DNA of 48,051 nt, the filler included, from Jimgerdemannia flammicorona (Eukaryota), in NCBI GenBank assembly GCA_003990765.1. It is 2 parts of 2 records of this genome, joined end to end, with 100 filler letters (N's around TTAATTAATTAA, not from the genome) between each part and the next. Parts side by side here need not be neighbours in the genome. Positions count along the whole stretch, not along the records: positions 1 to 23,982 come from RBNJ01001038.1; 1 more part is not named here. One strand, 5' to 3'. Below the pieces are notes generated by a model, which searched no databases, had not been told where the DNA came from, and worked only from the letters and a program-made list of their open reading frames with translations. Position numbers and translations under genes: made by a program. Positions 1 through 12,870 of this stretch are shown here, piece after piece (the stretch's first letter is position 1; the number at the start of each line of letters is the position of its first letter).

Positions 1-607
1 TTTTTTCTCTGAGCCTGAATACACTGGCTGATTAGGGTTGTGTTGGAATGAGTAGCGAGACAAAGCAAGGATGAGAGATGATGTCATGGTCAATGGGGCT
101 TGCAGCGAAAAAAACTTGTAACAATCTTTATAACATTGTAATGTATTACAAATTATGTATTTATGGAAATATTCAGTTAAACAATCAATACCCCGTTTCC
201 GTGACTACCCACGACCTGGAAACTTTGAACTGCATCCTTAATACAATCCCCAACACCACGATGACGAGAAACACACAAATTGATAAATAAATAAACCACT
301 CCAACCATCTTGACCGTTTTAACTTTAATTTTAATTTTTCCGCACGGGCCCTCGATCCACAAGAACATCACACAACTGCCAAGACAGCCTGCCCACGACG
401 TTGAGCGAAAGTGACAGCCGCCAAGACCCGTCCAATACCCCAACATCCCGTTTTCGATACGCGCATCAAACCCCGTCGCTAGCAACGGGTAAGGAAGAGA
501 ACCGAGATTCAAAAAACGAAAAAGAAATCCACTGTCTCCTTCCCGGTATGGAAATAGTCCCGATACGACACGACATGACACAACACCTTCCGCACCCACC
601 CCAGCGT

Positions 608-2755
608 TTAGAGCACGCTGCCAAACACACGGTTGTGCCTGGCGATACTCGGGCCATGCTCTTCGTACTCGGCCTTGGTATGGCAGTAGGTATGGAAATC
701 GGCCTAGGGGGGCGTGGGAGTGAGCATTAGATTCTTGCGTGACACCAAACAACGAGGACACGAAAGGCTCGGCAAATATCGACCGGAACAGCATACTCAC
801 AATAACCGAGACCAAACTGCCGCCATACCAGACGGCGTGTCGCTGCTTCTTGTGCGAGATGACGTTCACCTCCACGTCTTTGGCCTATTGATGGTTATTA
901 TACGTAAGTTTAAAGATGGGCACCAAAAACTCAATACCACCTACGAATATCATGGAGAGTCAACAGGGACGGAACCTCCCCCCCCTCCAAAAAAAAAAAA
1001 AACCTTCCACAAACACATTTTCCCCCCCAATACCAATATTACCTTTACAGACCCGCCGCTCAGCTCCTCGCTCCTCTTCACGCGGAAATCGACAGTGCGC
1101 TTGATCTCACGCTTTAAGCGCTTATCAAAGTCCTTAAACATGGTCGAGCCGCCGGAGAGGACGATATTCTTTCAAAGCCCCCAAAGAAATGACGACATTG
1201 GTCGATGAGATTTGGTACATGCACATCACACCCAAAGGAGCCGAACTGGTCACGTGACGCGTGCCCACCTTATAAAGCCCCCGACGAGTGTCGATGGGGC
1301 TGGACTGGATGACGGTGTCGACGACCTCGGGCAGCGGGGTGAGGTAGTCGGAGCTGGCGATCTCCGGATTAAAGAAGATCTCGGGGGCGAGAAAGCGCTC
1401 GAAACCCACGTCGACTGAATAGGGCTGGGAATATTATTATTGATGGGACAAATACGTGCGTTAGGCGATAGATCATGGACAGAAAGCAGTAACCAAGGTC
1501 TAAACCTCAAAAGTAAATAAAAATAAATTCTCCCCGCCTTCCGAACCCCTCCTCAGCACCCACCTTCCCCGTCACGCCATGGGTGCTCTCAAACTTCTTA
1601 AAGTACTTCTCGCCTTCCTGGTCATACTTCTTAAATTCCTTGACGATATCCGGGCAGACGTACGAGTACTGCTCCTTGATGAGCTCGGCGACACGCAGCG
1701 AATCCTCAGGCGGGATGCCCGTCTCACCGCGCTCGCGTAGCAGCTGCTGAACGAAGTACGTGATGTCGCGGCCGGCGATCGGGACACTCTTGATCGAGCT
1801 ACCTATCACATAGCCAGAAGCCTAAGAGGGTGTGGTAGTGCGTCGGATAAATGAATTCTGTTGGGGAACTTTGATATTTCCGGGTTTCCAAGTACCCTTT
1901 TCCGCGACGCAAAACCATAATATGACACTAATACTTTTTCGCCCCGCTCGGCTCCAGTTACGAGGCCGAGGCTCATCACGCCATCGTGTGACTTTCCTCC
2001 CCTCACACCCCTCCCTCATCCGATCCTCGCAACCAACCAACACACGAAATTATAAACAATATTAACAAAACCTACCACGGGGATGACGTGCGTTACACCA
2101 TCACCGCTGTCGATGACAGTCCCTGTTAGGACCTGCTCCTCGGCAGTCCAGGTGGAGGCGAGGGCGAGGACGGCCTGGACGGCGATGTAGAGGCCCTTGA
2201 TGTTGAAGGACTCGAACATGATCTCTGCGGTTTGCTCGCGGTTTTCGGGGGAATTGAGCGGGGGTTCAGTCTTATATTGGAGAGAGAGAAAGTTGGTGAG
2301 GGATCATGGTAGCAGAGGGATCAAATATTCTGTCATGATATGCAGACATAGGCCGTTGGCGGGCACATTTCTACACTCACCAAAAGGAAAAGGTGATCCT
2401 CCGGCTCGCACCTCAGGTACTTGAAGATGGACTGCTCCCAGAACCTCTCCATGTGGTCCCAGTTGTCGATCTGGCCGTGGCGGATCGGGTAGTTGAGCGC
2501 GTAAGTCTTTGAGTTCTGTATGGCCTCATCGCCGATAAAGAAGTCAAGGTCCTCGATGCCACGCTTGGACGCGAGGTTGCTGGACAGGAAGGAGGGCTTG
2601 GTGGGCAGGGAAGGGCCACTACCACCGGAGGAAGCGTGAGTCTCGCGAGTTGCGATGGCGGTGGGAAAGACGAAGGAAGGGGTGTCGTTGCCGCCGTAGC
2701 CGATCTTTGAATAGCCTGTGCCGTTGTCGATGACGATTGGGGGAAGTCTCGACAT
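608..2755 (-). CDS. ARP3: Actin-related protein 3 (Arp2/3 complex subunit), multi-exon
   Basis: Spliced translation [20 protein letters not shown]...[11 protein letters not shown]...[29 protein letters not shown]...[84 protein letters not shown] introns lie between the blocks. Confidence 0.97.
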
Positions 2756-2934
2756 TTTGTGGGGTTCACGGAGGAGGAAGGGGAGGTGGTTTGTTCGAGT
2801 TGGCGACGCTTCAAGGATTTGATGACGGAGGCGCAGATGTGATGTCACCGGAAATAATGGTGGCTTCAAAGATTTTCGTTTCGCGAAAAATTCTTTCCTT
2901 CTAGCCACGCGTCCTGTCGCGTACACCACACAAA
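2756..2934. promoter_or_regulatory. Short divergent (bidirectional) promoter region between ARP3 and the PPR/ProRS gene
   Basis: Only 179 bp separate the ATG at 2755 (-) from the ATG at 2935 (+); the region contains CGCG/ACGCGT motifs. Confidence 0.6.
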
Positions 2935-5879
2935 ATGTTATCCCTCCTGAGGATCAAACGTGCAACAGTGCGTCCCCCCCCCAATCTCCGTCTCCTCGAG
3001 CTGAAGAGGCCCATATATATCAAGGCCACGAGGACCTTTGGCGGTGGGACACCTGAGGATCCCTACCGCATGGCGGATAAAATCACCAAAATGGCGCGCA
3101 AGGACCAACTGAATGAAGCCATCAAGATGGTCCAGAAGTCACACATCAATGCTCAGTCCTCAGTCGTATGGAATCACTTGATTGCAGAGTGCGCAGCGAG
3201 TCAGAGGGCAAACTTGTCGTATAGGATGTTTACCGAGGTGGGGCTCGTGTTGATTTCGTCGGTTGATAAACGTCTTTCCCTCTCTCGGTAATAATAATCA
3301 TCCACACCGGCAACCTGACCCATCCTCCACACTAAATCTCTTATTACAATCAGATGAAACGCCGCGGCTTCAAGCCCAACGACCGCACCTATACCCTCCT
3401 CCTCAGCGCCCTAGCCGCGAACCCGTCCTCCCCTGAAGCGATCGAGCGTGCCGAGCAAATCTATGCTGGGCTCCAATCCTCCAGTACCATCCTCTCCCTC
3501 ATCCACACCAACGCCCTCATCAAGGTATTTAGTCGTGCAGACGACCTCCAATCTGTCCTGCGCGTTTACCACTCCATGCCCCGCGAAGGTGAGATGCGCC
3601 CGGATAAGTTCACCTACACCACCGTCCTGAGCGCGTGTGCGAGGACGACCGGCGACGACGGGTTCAGAGAGGGACTAAAGGTGTGGGAGGATGTCCTTGC
3701 GGCTGTGAAGAAGGATGCGGAGACGTACCGCCAGAGAGATTCCCCGTTGGGGAAGAAGGCCGAGACGGTCGAGATCGCTGTCAAGACCATGCAAAACGCC
3801 AAAACCGTCATCAGGCCCCAGCACAAACGCGCTCCGCTGGAGGTTGACTGTTTCCTCGCGACGGCCATGTTATCCGTGTGCAAGTCGGCCCGCGACCCGT
3901 TAGATGTGATGCGCGGGTTCGACGTTGTCTCAACAATCTACGGCATCCGTCCGCCTTCGATAAACCCTCCTCTCCTCGCGAATCCACCACCCATGACCTC
4001 GCCGGCGCTCGATGTGATCATCTCCCTCTGCTTCCGTACGCGACAGTACGACCTAGGGATTCAATACTTTGACCTTACACTCTCGGCCTTCCCGGACTTC
4101 GAACCCGACGTCAAGATCTTCAACTCGCTAATCTCGATCCAGATCGCCGCCAATCGGTACGCCAACGCCACGGCCACGCTCCAAACGCTGCGCACGCGCG
4201 GGCTCGTACCGGACGCTGCGACATATGCCGCGTGCCTGAGGGCGTGCGCAGAGGCCATGAGGAAGGAAAAGAACAAGCGCGAGGTCTGGGAACGCGCTGA
4301 GATGGTTCTTCGGGATCTAGAGGAAGAGAAGGCGAGGAAGCCCAAGGGAAAAAATGAGTTGGACGTGCAGATTAGGACGCTGTTGGACGTTGTGAAGTGC
4401 GCGCAGGAAGCGGCCGGGGCTGGGGTGAAGATAGAGAGGGAGATTTTGAAACGAGCATTGGTCTTTTTGGAAGAAGAGGGGTGGAACAAGAAGGTTATGA
4501 AGGTGCCGCCGGGGGAGGAAGGGAGGAAGGAACTTGTAACGGCGGTGTTGAAGGCGTATCGTGTTGCATTGGGGAGTGAGACGGATGAGGTGTTGGAGGA
4601 TAGGTTGAAAGCGGCGGAATTGATTGAAGTTAAGCTGACGGCGGCGATGGAGAAAGAGCAGACGATGGGGACAGGAGAGACAAGAAGGGATCGCGAGCGT
4701 GGGGGTGATGAGCAGGAGAGGTACCCGAGAAATAATCGCGAGGAGACGCGCGAACGTAGGAATGATGGACAGGAGGGGAAGGTTTTGAATCGGGGTCGCG
4801 AGGAGCCATATGAGGGACAGGAGGGGAGGTTTTTGAATCGGAGTCGCGAGGAGTCATATGAGAGAAGGCCTGCGTACGGTAATCGTGGCGAGGGGCGTGA
4901 GAGTCAGAGGGAGAGCAAGTGGAGTCGCGAGCGAAAGCCCGCGTACGACGATAGTCATGAGAAGAGTGGGAGTCTGAAGAGTGGGAGTCTGAGAGAGGGC
5001 GAGTGGAGTCGCGAGCGAAAGCCCACGTACGGCGATAGTGATGAGAAGAGTGTGAGTCGGAGGGAGGGCGAGTGGAGTCGCGAGCGAAAGCCCACGTACG
5101 GCGATAGTGATGAGAAGAGTGTGAGTCGGAGGGAGGGCGAGTGGAGTCGCGAGCGAAGATCCGCGTATGGCGATAGTGACGAGAAAAGTGGGAGTCGGAG
5201 AGAGGGCGAGTACAAACCCAAACCCGCGTACGTCGACCGCGATGTGCAGGACGAATTCGGCGAGGTCGGTGAGACAGTCCGCGTACTGCGCCGCTCCAGC
5301 TACGGGAGAGAAAGCGAGTACAAACCCGCGTACGTCGACCGCGATGTGCAGGACGAGTTCGGCAAGGTCGGTGAGACGGTCCGCGTGCTGCGCCGCTCCA
5401 GCAACGCCGGCCGTGATGCGCAGGAGGGATATCGTAAGGACGGCGAGGCTGACCGTGAACGCAGACCTGTGCATACCAATCAACAATCCGGGATTCGCGA
5501 CGATCAGAGTGCAAAACGATGGAATCGAGATAGTGACGTACGCGGCGGAGCTGGTCGCGATGAGCGGGGCTGGGGTGAGGAGCGCGGCGGGAAGGGTCGT
5601 GCGAAGTATGGAGCGAATGATGACGACGAAGGCGAGGCGAGGGAGTACGGGTTGTGGAATCAGAACAGCGACGATGGGTATCGGAGGGGCGCAGGCGAGC
5701 GGAGTGGGGGGTCGACGGCACGTGGAGCCAGGCATGAAAGTGGGAGGGAGAAGGAATGGGGAAGTGGAGAAGCGCGGGGGGCCGGTTCTTCTCGGGGACG
5801 TGGGTCGTTTGTCTCGACGAGGCGTTTTTCAACTGGGCCTGTGCAGATGGAGACCCAAGTTAGATTTCACTCAACTGTC
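2935..5879 (+). CDS. Mitochondrial pentatricopeptide-repeat (PPR) protein with a long R/E/G/S-rich repetitive tail; N-terminal part of a probable PPR-ProRS tandem precursor
   Basis: Exon 2935-3237, phase-0 intron 3238-3353, exon from 3354. A PPR motif spans the intron (VVWNHLIAECA...MFTE|MKRRGFKPNDRTYTLLLSALA); further PPR motifs include PDKFTYTTVLSACAR, PDVKIFNSLI and PDAATYAACLRAC. The N-terminus MLSLLRIKRATVR resembles a presequence. No stop occurs before the GTATGT donor at 5880. Confidence 0.88.
4915..5402 (+). repeat. Coding tandem repeats in the PPR tail: 69-bp (23-aa) units and two 102-bp (34-aa) units
   Basis: GAGTGGAGTCGCGAGCGAA recurs at 5001, 5070 and 5139 (REGEWSRERKPTYGDSDEKSVSR); KPAYVDRDVQDEFGxVGETVRVLRRSS starts at 5220 and 5322. 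Confidence 0.95.
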
Positions 5880-5992
5880 GTATGTATATGTTATGTGGTG
5901 TTCCTGTTTTTATTCTTTCACCGGTGGTTCATTTTTTTTTTTTTTTTTTTCACAAATTATCCTCACCGTACTCTCCTTTTCCGGCCATCCAG

Positions 5993-8372
5993 ACATCCCA
6001 ATACCGAAACCGCCTTTCCAAGATGTTTATTCCGACCACCAAGGACAGCCTGCTGGGTCCCAACGCCGTCGCGAGCCACCGGCTGATGCTGCGCGCTGGC
6101 TTCATCCGTCAGGTATCCGCCCGTACGAACTATCATCGCACCTTACGCTCCTTACCGGTGCCCTCCGTTCTCACCGTCGGCAGCGTGTCTTTCTACGTAG
6201 TCCGCGTCGGGGGTGTACAGCCTACTGCCCCTCGGGCTCAGGACACTCGATAAGCTAGAGACGATCATTGATGAGGAGATGAGGTTCATTGGTGAGTTTC
6301 TCGGGCAAAGTGGATCGGGTTTACGAACTGTTGGGAAAACAACGCGTGCTGATTTATGATGTGAGTTTTTGTGATTTAGACGCGCAGAAGCTCTCCCTAC
6401 CGGCGTTGCTCTCGGCTGAGCCTTGGAAGCAAATGGGGCGATGGGAATCCTCAGGCGGCGAGGTTGATATTGTGCCTCACATCTTGCAAAATCCTCTCCA
6501 TCGCAGCATGTTCATGACTGGATTATCATTCTCCCTCACATTCTCATTCCTTATGATAATTGCTAGCTTTTCCGTCTCAAGGATCGTAAGTCCGCCGACT
6601 TTCTCCTCGCCCCGACGCACGAGGAGGAGATCACCCAGCTGGTTGCCGGCGAGGTGACGTCCTACCGCCAGCTCCCGCTACGGCTCTACCAAATTGGTAC
6701 GTCTCTCCTCCTGCCGCCTGACCCCTTACCATTTCTGTCTCGTATACTATTTCCTTAACCCCCACTCCGGGTATTCTGAGCAGGCCGCAAATATCGCGAC
6801 GAGATGCGCCCGCGTTCGGGTCTGCTGCGCGGGCGGGAGTTCTTAATGAAGGATCTGTATACGTTCGATGCGACGGAGGAAGAGGCCACGGCCACGTACG
6901 AGGACGTCAGGGTCGCATATGCCAAAGTATTTCGAAGGATCGGGGTGCCGTTTGTGGTGGTATGTTTGGCCTAGGGGGAAAGGGGTTGGAGGTGATGTAT
7001 AAAATAGATTGAATGATAGAACAATGTATTCAACTCGTTCAAAATGCGACCTTTCGGATACAGGCTGATGCGGATACCGGAAATATTGGAGGGACGAGTT
7101 CTCATGAATATCACTTTATTTCGGAAGGTATGCAGCAAGCGGCCAGTTGTTTGTTGTATATTCAATGGAATCTTGAAAGTTTGGCTAACGGGCAGTGCAT
7201 TTATCGAACCCTGCAACATAGTCGGTGAGGACTCCCTCCTCATCTGCCCTGAATGCGGCTACACTGCCAACGAGGAACGCGCACGGGGTATCATCCCTCA
7301 CCACCACCACGCACCCTCCATCTCCAACCCCTTCGATACTTTCGCTTCCAGCCTTCTCCCCTCGCTCTCTCTCCCTCCCTCCGCTCTTACCATCCAACTC
7401 GCGTCGGCGGAACTTGTGATCAAGAATGCCAAGGAGGCAGAGACAAGCTCCGAGCGGGACGTTGTGGCCATTGTGATCGAGTCTGGGCGGACGGTGAATA
7501 TGCTCAAGCTCCGCGACGCTGTCAAGAAGCAGCTGGGTGAAAAGGCTAAAGACGGCATCAACATGGATTTACTCATGGGAATGCAAACGCTCGAGACGAT
7601 GAGAAAGCAAGAGGAGCGGTGGTCAAAGCTTTCGGTGTACGTAGACGATTCCGTGAACTCTATCATTCCTGATCCGACATCCGCACCTCCTCTCCCACAG
7701 TCTATCGAATCCCATCCGCTCGCTGTCTTCGCCGTGCACACTGACACGACCTTGCACCACGGCGACTTCCACAACGTTCAACCGGGCGACACCTGCCCGC
7801 AATGCCCCGCCCCACTGACCCTTCACCGCGCCATTGAGGTCGGTCATACCTTCCTACTAGGTACCAAATACTCAGCGGCGCTGGGCGCGACCTTCCGTCC
7901 CGCCGGTCCCGTAGCTGGGGGTGTGCTACCGATTCAGATGGGCTGCTTCGGACTGGGCGTATCGCGCATGCTGGCAGCCATAGTGGAGTCGTCAAATGAC
8001 ACACGTGGGATCGCCTGGCCCGTCTCTGTGGCACCGTTCCGCGTCGCCGTCGTGCCTGTTGATGTGAAGAATGAAGGCATGAAAGCCGTGGCAGAGAGGG
8101 TGTATGATGCGTTGGATGGGATGGGAGGTTCGTTACGGGATGAGGTCGTTATGGATGATCGGCAGGGGGCCTCGTTTGGGTTTAGGATGAAGGATGCGGA
8201 GTTGGTCGGGTATCCGTATATAGTTGTCGTGGGGAAGAGAGCGGCGGAAGGGGTGGTGGAGATACAGGAAAGGAGGAAAGGGGAAAAGAACCGGAGTTGG
8301 GAGATCGGCGTTGGGGAGGTGGGTGGGGAGGTGGGGGGATTGGTAGCGAAGTGGTTGAGCGAGCGGCATTAA
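5993..8372 (+). CDS. Mitochondrial (bacterial-type) prolyl-tRNA synthetase, 7 exons, ~604 aa (AIM10/PARS2-like)
   Basis: Exons 5993-6112, 6201-6291, 6380-6462, 6567-6696, 6784-6959, 7064-7127 and 7222-8372 sum to 1815 nt in frame. Motifs: [32 protein letters not shown], motif 2 [49 protein letters not shown], motif 3 [10 protein letters not shown], and an anticodon-binding domain (DDR...KDAELVGYP). Confidence 0.95.
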
Positions 8373-8993
8373 TTAACGAGGCAAGGGATGTGATGTGATG
8401 TGATGTATGTATTCGAAACACATAAAGGAGGCTTCACGTTTCCCATAGATAAATCTCACTCACGACAGTTTTCCACCCACAAGATTTCTCACCATGCACT
8501 ACTTACTCTCTAGCATCTATAGTTCTTTGGAAGATCCCAAACCGGATCAATCCATACGTTCATGTACGCCCGTATAATGCAAACCACACTAGTAATAGCT
8601 CATAATCGAAGGGAGCCAGATGGCAATACTACGCTGTTCAACATTGAAGCACCATGCAATTTGTTGGATTAAATGGCATTGCGGATTTCGTTTACCACAC
8701 TTTAAAATTGTGAGCTCGCTTCGGTTTTCACTGTTCTTTGCCTATTGTTCGTCTCGCAGACGTTTGAGGCTGGCAAATGTGAATATGGAGACCAGGTGAC
8801 AACAATCATGCTACTCATATTGGCTGTAGAATTGAATTAGATTTTTGGAAAAAATAAAAATAAAAATAAAAATAACAATGAAATACAATCTCTGAATTTA
8901 ATATATAATACTTGATTATATTTTTTCAGTAATATTATTCAAAACTATCAATCAGAAATAAAATAGCTAATCTATAAAACAGATTACTATTAT

Positions 8994-9448
8994 TGTAATA
9001 GTTCTAGTTTCTTTAAGAGGAAGTAGCTAAGATTGGTAATTCTGGTAGGTCTAAAGTAGCTCAAAGAGATACTTATAAGTTTAAGTATTCTTAAAGAAAT
9101 TCTGAGAGAAAATATTCTGAGCTTTATTTAAGCAGAGAACAAGAATATTTATATAGAATCTGAAAGAAAGATCTGGAAGGATCTTAGAAAAGAAGAGAAA
9201 AGCCAAGAAATAGGTTCTTAGTAAAGATGACTAATAGAATTCTACAATGTTTCAAAAGGTTCTATGACTAGCTAAGATAAGATACTTGATACTGAGAAAA
9301 GATAAGAATGTTCTAATGATGTCTTGATATCAAGAGAAGATTTCTAGATATTCAGAAGATACTGGAATATAGTAGAATATTCAAGAAAAGGCAAGAAAAG
9401 ACTAGAGAAAAGATGCAAAAAAAAAAATATAACTATGAAACTGTTATA
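8994..9448 (-). mobile_element. ~455-bp Ty3/Gypsy LTR (3' LTR, minus orientation), same family as the LTR at 13163-13628
   Basis: Reverse complement of 13163-13628. It ends ...TATTACA on the minus strand and is preceded on that strand by a polypurine tract, AAGAAGAGAGAGA (9449-9461). Confidence 0.8.
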
Positions 9449-9567
9449 TCTCTCTCTTCTTAAGAACAATGTCCTTATTGAATTTTTAGATAATATAAGA
9501 CTAAATATACTTAATCAAAATTTCTCAAACTTATATCAGTATATTGGTGAGAACTGGCCATCCTTAT

Positions 9568-9625
9568 ATAGAGTAGAGGGCCTATTCTGTTAAAAAAAAA
9601 AAAAAAATAGAGTAGAGGGCCTATT
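9568..9625 (+). mobile_element. Minimal poly(A) retro-insertion with a 19-bp target-site duplication
   Basis: ATAGAGTAGAGGGCCTATT + CTGTT + A-run + ATAGAGTAGAGGGCCTATT. Confidence 0.75.
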
Positions 9626-10426
9626 ATCAGACTAATCAACTGAATCTAGCTAGTAGCTTCATTTTAGTAGACTTCTTATTCACTAGATGTTCTACTAGTT
9701 CTGGGGTTTCAAAGTAAACTTTCAATATATAAGGTACTGATTATTACTATAGATTATTGATAATCTAAGAAAAAGATATAACTCAGAATCAATAATATTC
9801 AAACTATATTCTGAAGACTATTTTCTCCATATTCTTCTCATTAATAAGGATCTAATAATATCCATTTTATAGATCTAGTAAAGAGAATATCTTGATCTTA
9901 AAGATCTGATAGAGTAGTTTATCAATCTTTGAAAGAGTATACTGATTCTTGATGGTGATCTTATTGAGGACTCAGTAGTCAATATATATTCACAAAGAGT
10001 TATTCTTCTTGATAAAGAAAATTAGTAGTTTAAAGAGTGATTTACTGAGTTTAATATATCTTTGAGTTAGTGGTTTGATTAATTCTTTCTTAAGAACTTT
10101 GAGCTCAGACTGGGTCAGTTGGTAGATACTCTTGTACGAGAGTTCTGCTCCTAAGATGAGACTAATTTTATATTGAATTTGATGCTTGAGTAAAAGATCT
10201 GTGGATTTCTGAAAAATATCTCAGGATTTCTCAAAGAGTTTCTGGACTTCTGGTAAGACTAAGCTGGTTAGAGTCTCTATTATCTCTTTTACTATGCAGA
10301 TGTAGTATGTATTTCCCTTTTTGTAAGATAGTCTCTTTATTTAGATAGTAGAAATAAGTTTAATTTCTTGATTGTTAGTTCTATTTTACTGGGGCATTAG
10401 AGTGATTCTTCTTTCTTTATACTATA

Positions 10427-12870
10427 TATAAGTGTACAACCTCTAAGCTACCAAAATCACATATCATCCTCAGATTGAATTTAGAAATTACATGCAAGAT
10501 CATAAAGCTGAGTCAAACTAAAGTTATAAAGTACAAAGCTGAGTCAACTTAAAGTCATAGAACACAAGACTCATACAAATAGAACTTTATCAATTAGGAC
10601 TAAATATATATATACTAAGTACTCAGATATATCAAAATAAAGAACTACAATAAACCAAACAAACAACCACAACTCTCAAACAATATATATAACTATAATC
10701 ACCAAGATCTACAACTATATCTATACTGACATTTAGAATATCATTATCAACTGAGCCACCCCTCTCCTGCTCCTTATAAATATCCATAGTCTAGTATCTC
10801 TCTACTTCATAGAAGCCTGATGGAATACTCTAAACATGCTCAGTAAAGTCTACTGAATCAGACAAATCTCAAGCTACTACCAGATCAACTATCTTCTAAA
10901 AGATATGATCAAACACTACTATAATACAGATATTATTCAGATATCTCAATATCAGAAACTCATCATTTACAAATATCAAGAACTCTTTTACAAGTATAGT
11001 ACCTTTATTCTCTATCTCTAAGTTACTATTACTAAAATAGTTACCACTCTATCTTATGGCCAAATCAATGATATAATATAAGAACTTAATCACAAGTATA
11101 TCAAATATGTCCAGATCATAGACAGAACCTTCCCACACCCCAATGACCATATCTTGCAAATATCTTAAGTTAGATATGTCATAAAAGACATCTACAATAT
11201 AATTCAGTTCAATAATAATAAAGCAGAAGATAACAATCCCTCTAATACTGATATGACCTCTAGCCAAGAATCTTTGCCAGCTCTGATCACTCTGCCAACC
11301 TTACTAATGAACTTATAACAGTTCATAACTACCTATGAGACCTATTTAAATAATGATCATTAGTATGAGTATTAATCTATATTTACTTCCAATTACTTCA
11401 ACTATAATAAAGAAACTAGAGAATATAATCTGTATCTCCAGATAACTCTTAAGATCAAATCAACAACTCTACTACCCAAGTATGAGTGATATGAATAATA
11501 GTCACCAGCCTACTATAATCTAGCAATATATAGTACTATAATCTATAGAAGGTATACAGACAGTGAATCTGATGAAAGCAAAGTTGATATACCTCTTCTT
11601 TGTCTACCAACTTCATACCCAATATATGAGACAGATGATGCTATCCTATAAGATAGTAATGAGGTCCCAATGTATTATTATCTGAACAAACAGAGAGAAG
11701 TAATCTGAGAATCACTCTTTCTAAATAACTACTTCATCAGAGATAATATTATTGATGGTGATATCATTGAAGGCTATCTAGATAGTATATAAATCTATAG
11801 ATAGCTTAGTAGTTATTAATATAGTTAGATTAGCCTTATATGATATAACTGTGTACTGACTCAGTCAGACAATCTCTTGATCAGTTCACACTTATACTAT
11901 GTGACTGCATTCCAACTCAGCAAGACACAAAGTACTATATCTATATTTAGTATAGTTCAGATAACCTCCCATTAGTATAAATATCCCCTCTCCCAGACCT
12001 CAGAATCTCAGACTTGAATAATCTGAATACAACCTCTGAACATTTCTCCACAATATTCCTTCACATAACTACTCTTAATATAGTAATATCATAAATAGTG
12101 AATAAACCTATTTAATAATCTACAAATTACTCTTAAGTAAATCTGCTCTTCATTAAGTCTCATCCCTAACTAGTACTCCCAAATGAGTTGAATCAATTCA
12201 AATTGAATCAAATTGGAGATTTTTCAATTTGAATCAATTTGAATCGAATCAAAAGTCGAATTGAATTGAGGGTCTGATTTGAACCCTAATTTTCAAAATA
12301 CAATATCTCAGCGTAAACTCATCCAAATCTAACATACTTTAGATTGTTAGAATTACATTAATACGGTGAATCTAACAAGCTAAAATATGTTAAATTTGGA
12401 TGAGTTTTTGTTGAGTTATTACATTTTGAAAATTAAGGTTCAAATCGAACTTTGAATTGAATTGGACCTTTAATTCGATTCAAATTGAATTGAATTGGAC
12501 CCTTGATTCGATTGAATCAAATCGAGTTTGGGCCAAATTCGATTTGATTCGATTCATTGGGAGCACTATTCCTAACCATATCATGAAATTTCCTAATTGA
12601 GTATTGTCTGTAGTAATATACTGATTCAACTAAGCTGGTCTTAGTCTTTTGAACTTTCTAAAATACAGAAAATTCTGAACATCCAGAACTAGTCCAAAAA
12701 AGGACTTTGGTTGAGACATCAATCTGATCTTGAAATCAATAAGTATAGAAGATATACTCTATATAAAATTGATCTTAATCTTAAAAAAATAGTCTTCTAG
12801 AATATCCAGAACTTTTAGAAAACCCTTTCAAAATTATGTAATGGTTACTCTAACAAGTAATCCTCTTATA
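10427..12870 (+). mobile_element. Solo ~2.05-kb chromovirus LTR (with a MITE inserted), flanked by 5-bp TSD CTATA
   Basis: Colinear reverse complement of 15448-17507; termini decayed from TGTA...TACA to TATA...TATA; CTATA at 10422-10426 and 12871-12875. Confidence 0.9.
12171..12568. mobile_element. hAT-type MITE, near-palindromic, rich in GAATC/GATTC pentamers
   Basis: TIRs TAGTACTCCCAA...TTGGGAGCACTA; 8-bp TSD TCCCTAAC/TTCCTAAC; absent from the sister LTR at ~15745; a second copy lies at 35739-36211. Confidence 0.92.

Noticed and set aside
177..875. 232-aa minus-strand ORF
   Set aside because: Only its start is an ARP3 exon; the rest is intron, an off-frame last exon and 3' UTR.
4630..5832. 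Long antisense and alternative-frame ORFs (400, 293 and 363 aa) over the PPR tail
   Set aside because: Shadows of a GC-rich, repetitive coding region with no recognisable domains.
5880..6086. Hydrophobic C-terminus (VVCICYVVFLFLFF...FFFFFF) of the 910-aa ORF as a transmembrane anchor
   Set aside because: It is translated intron sequence (GTATGT donor, poly-T tract, CAG acceptor).
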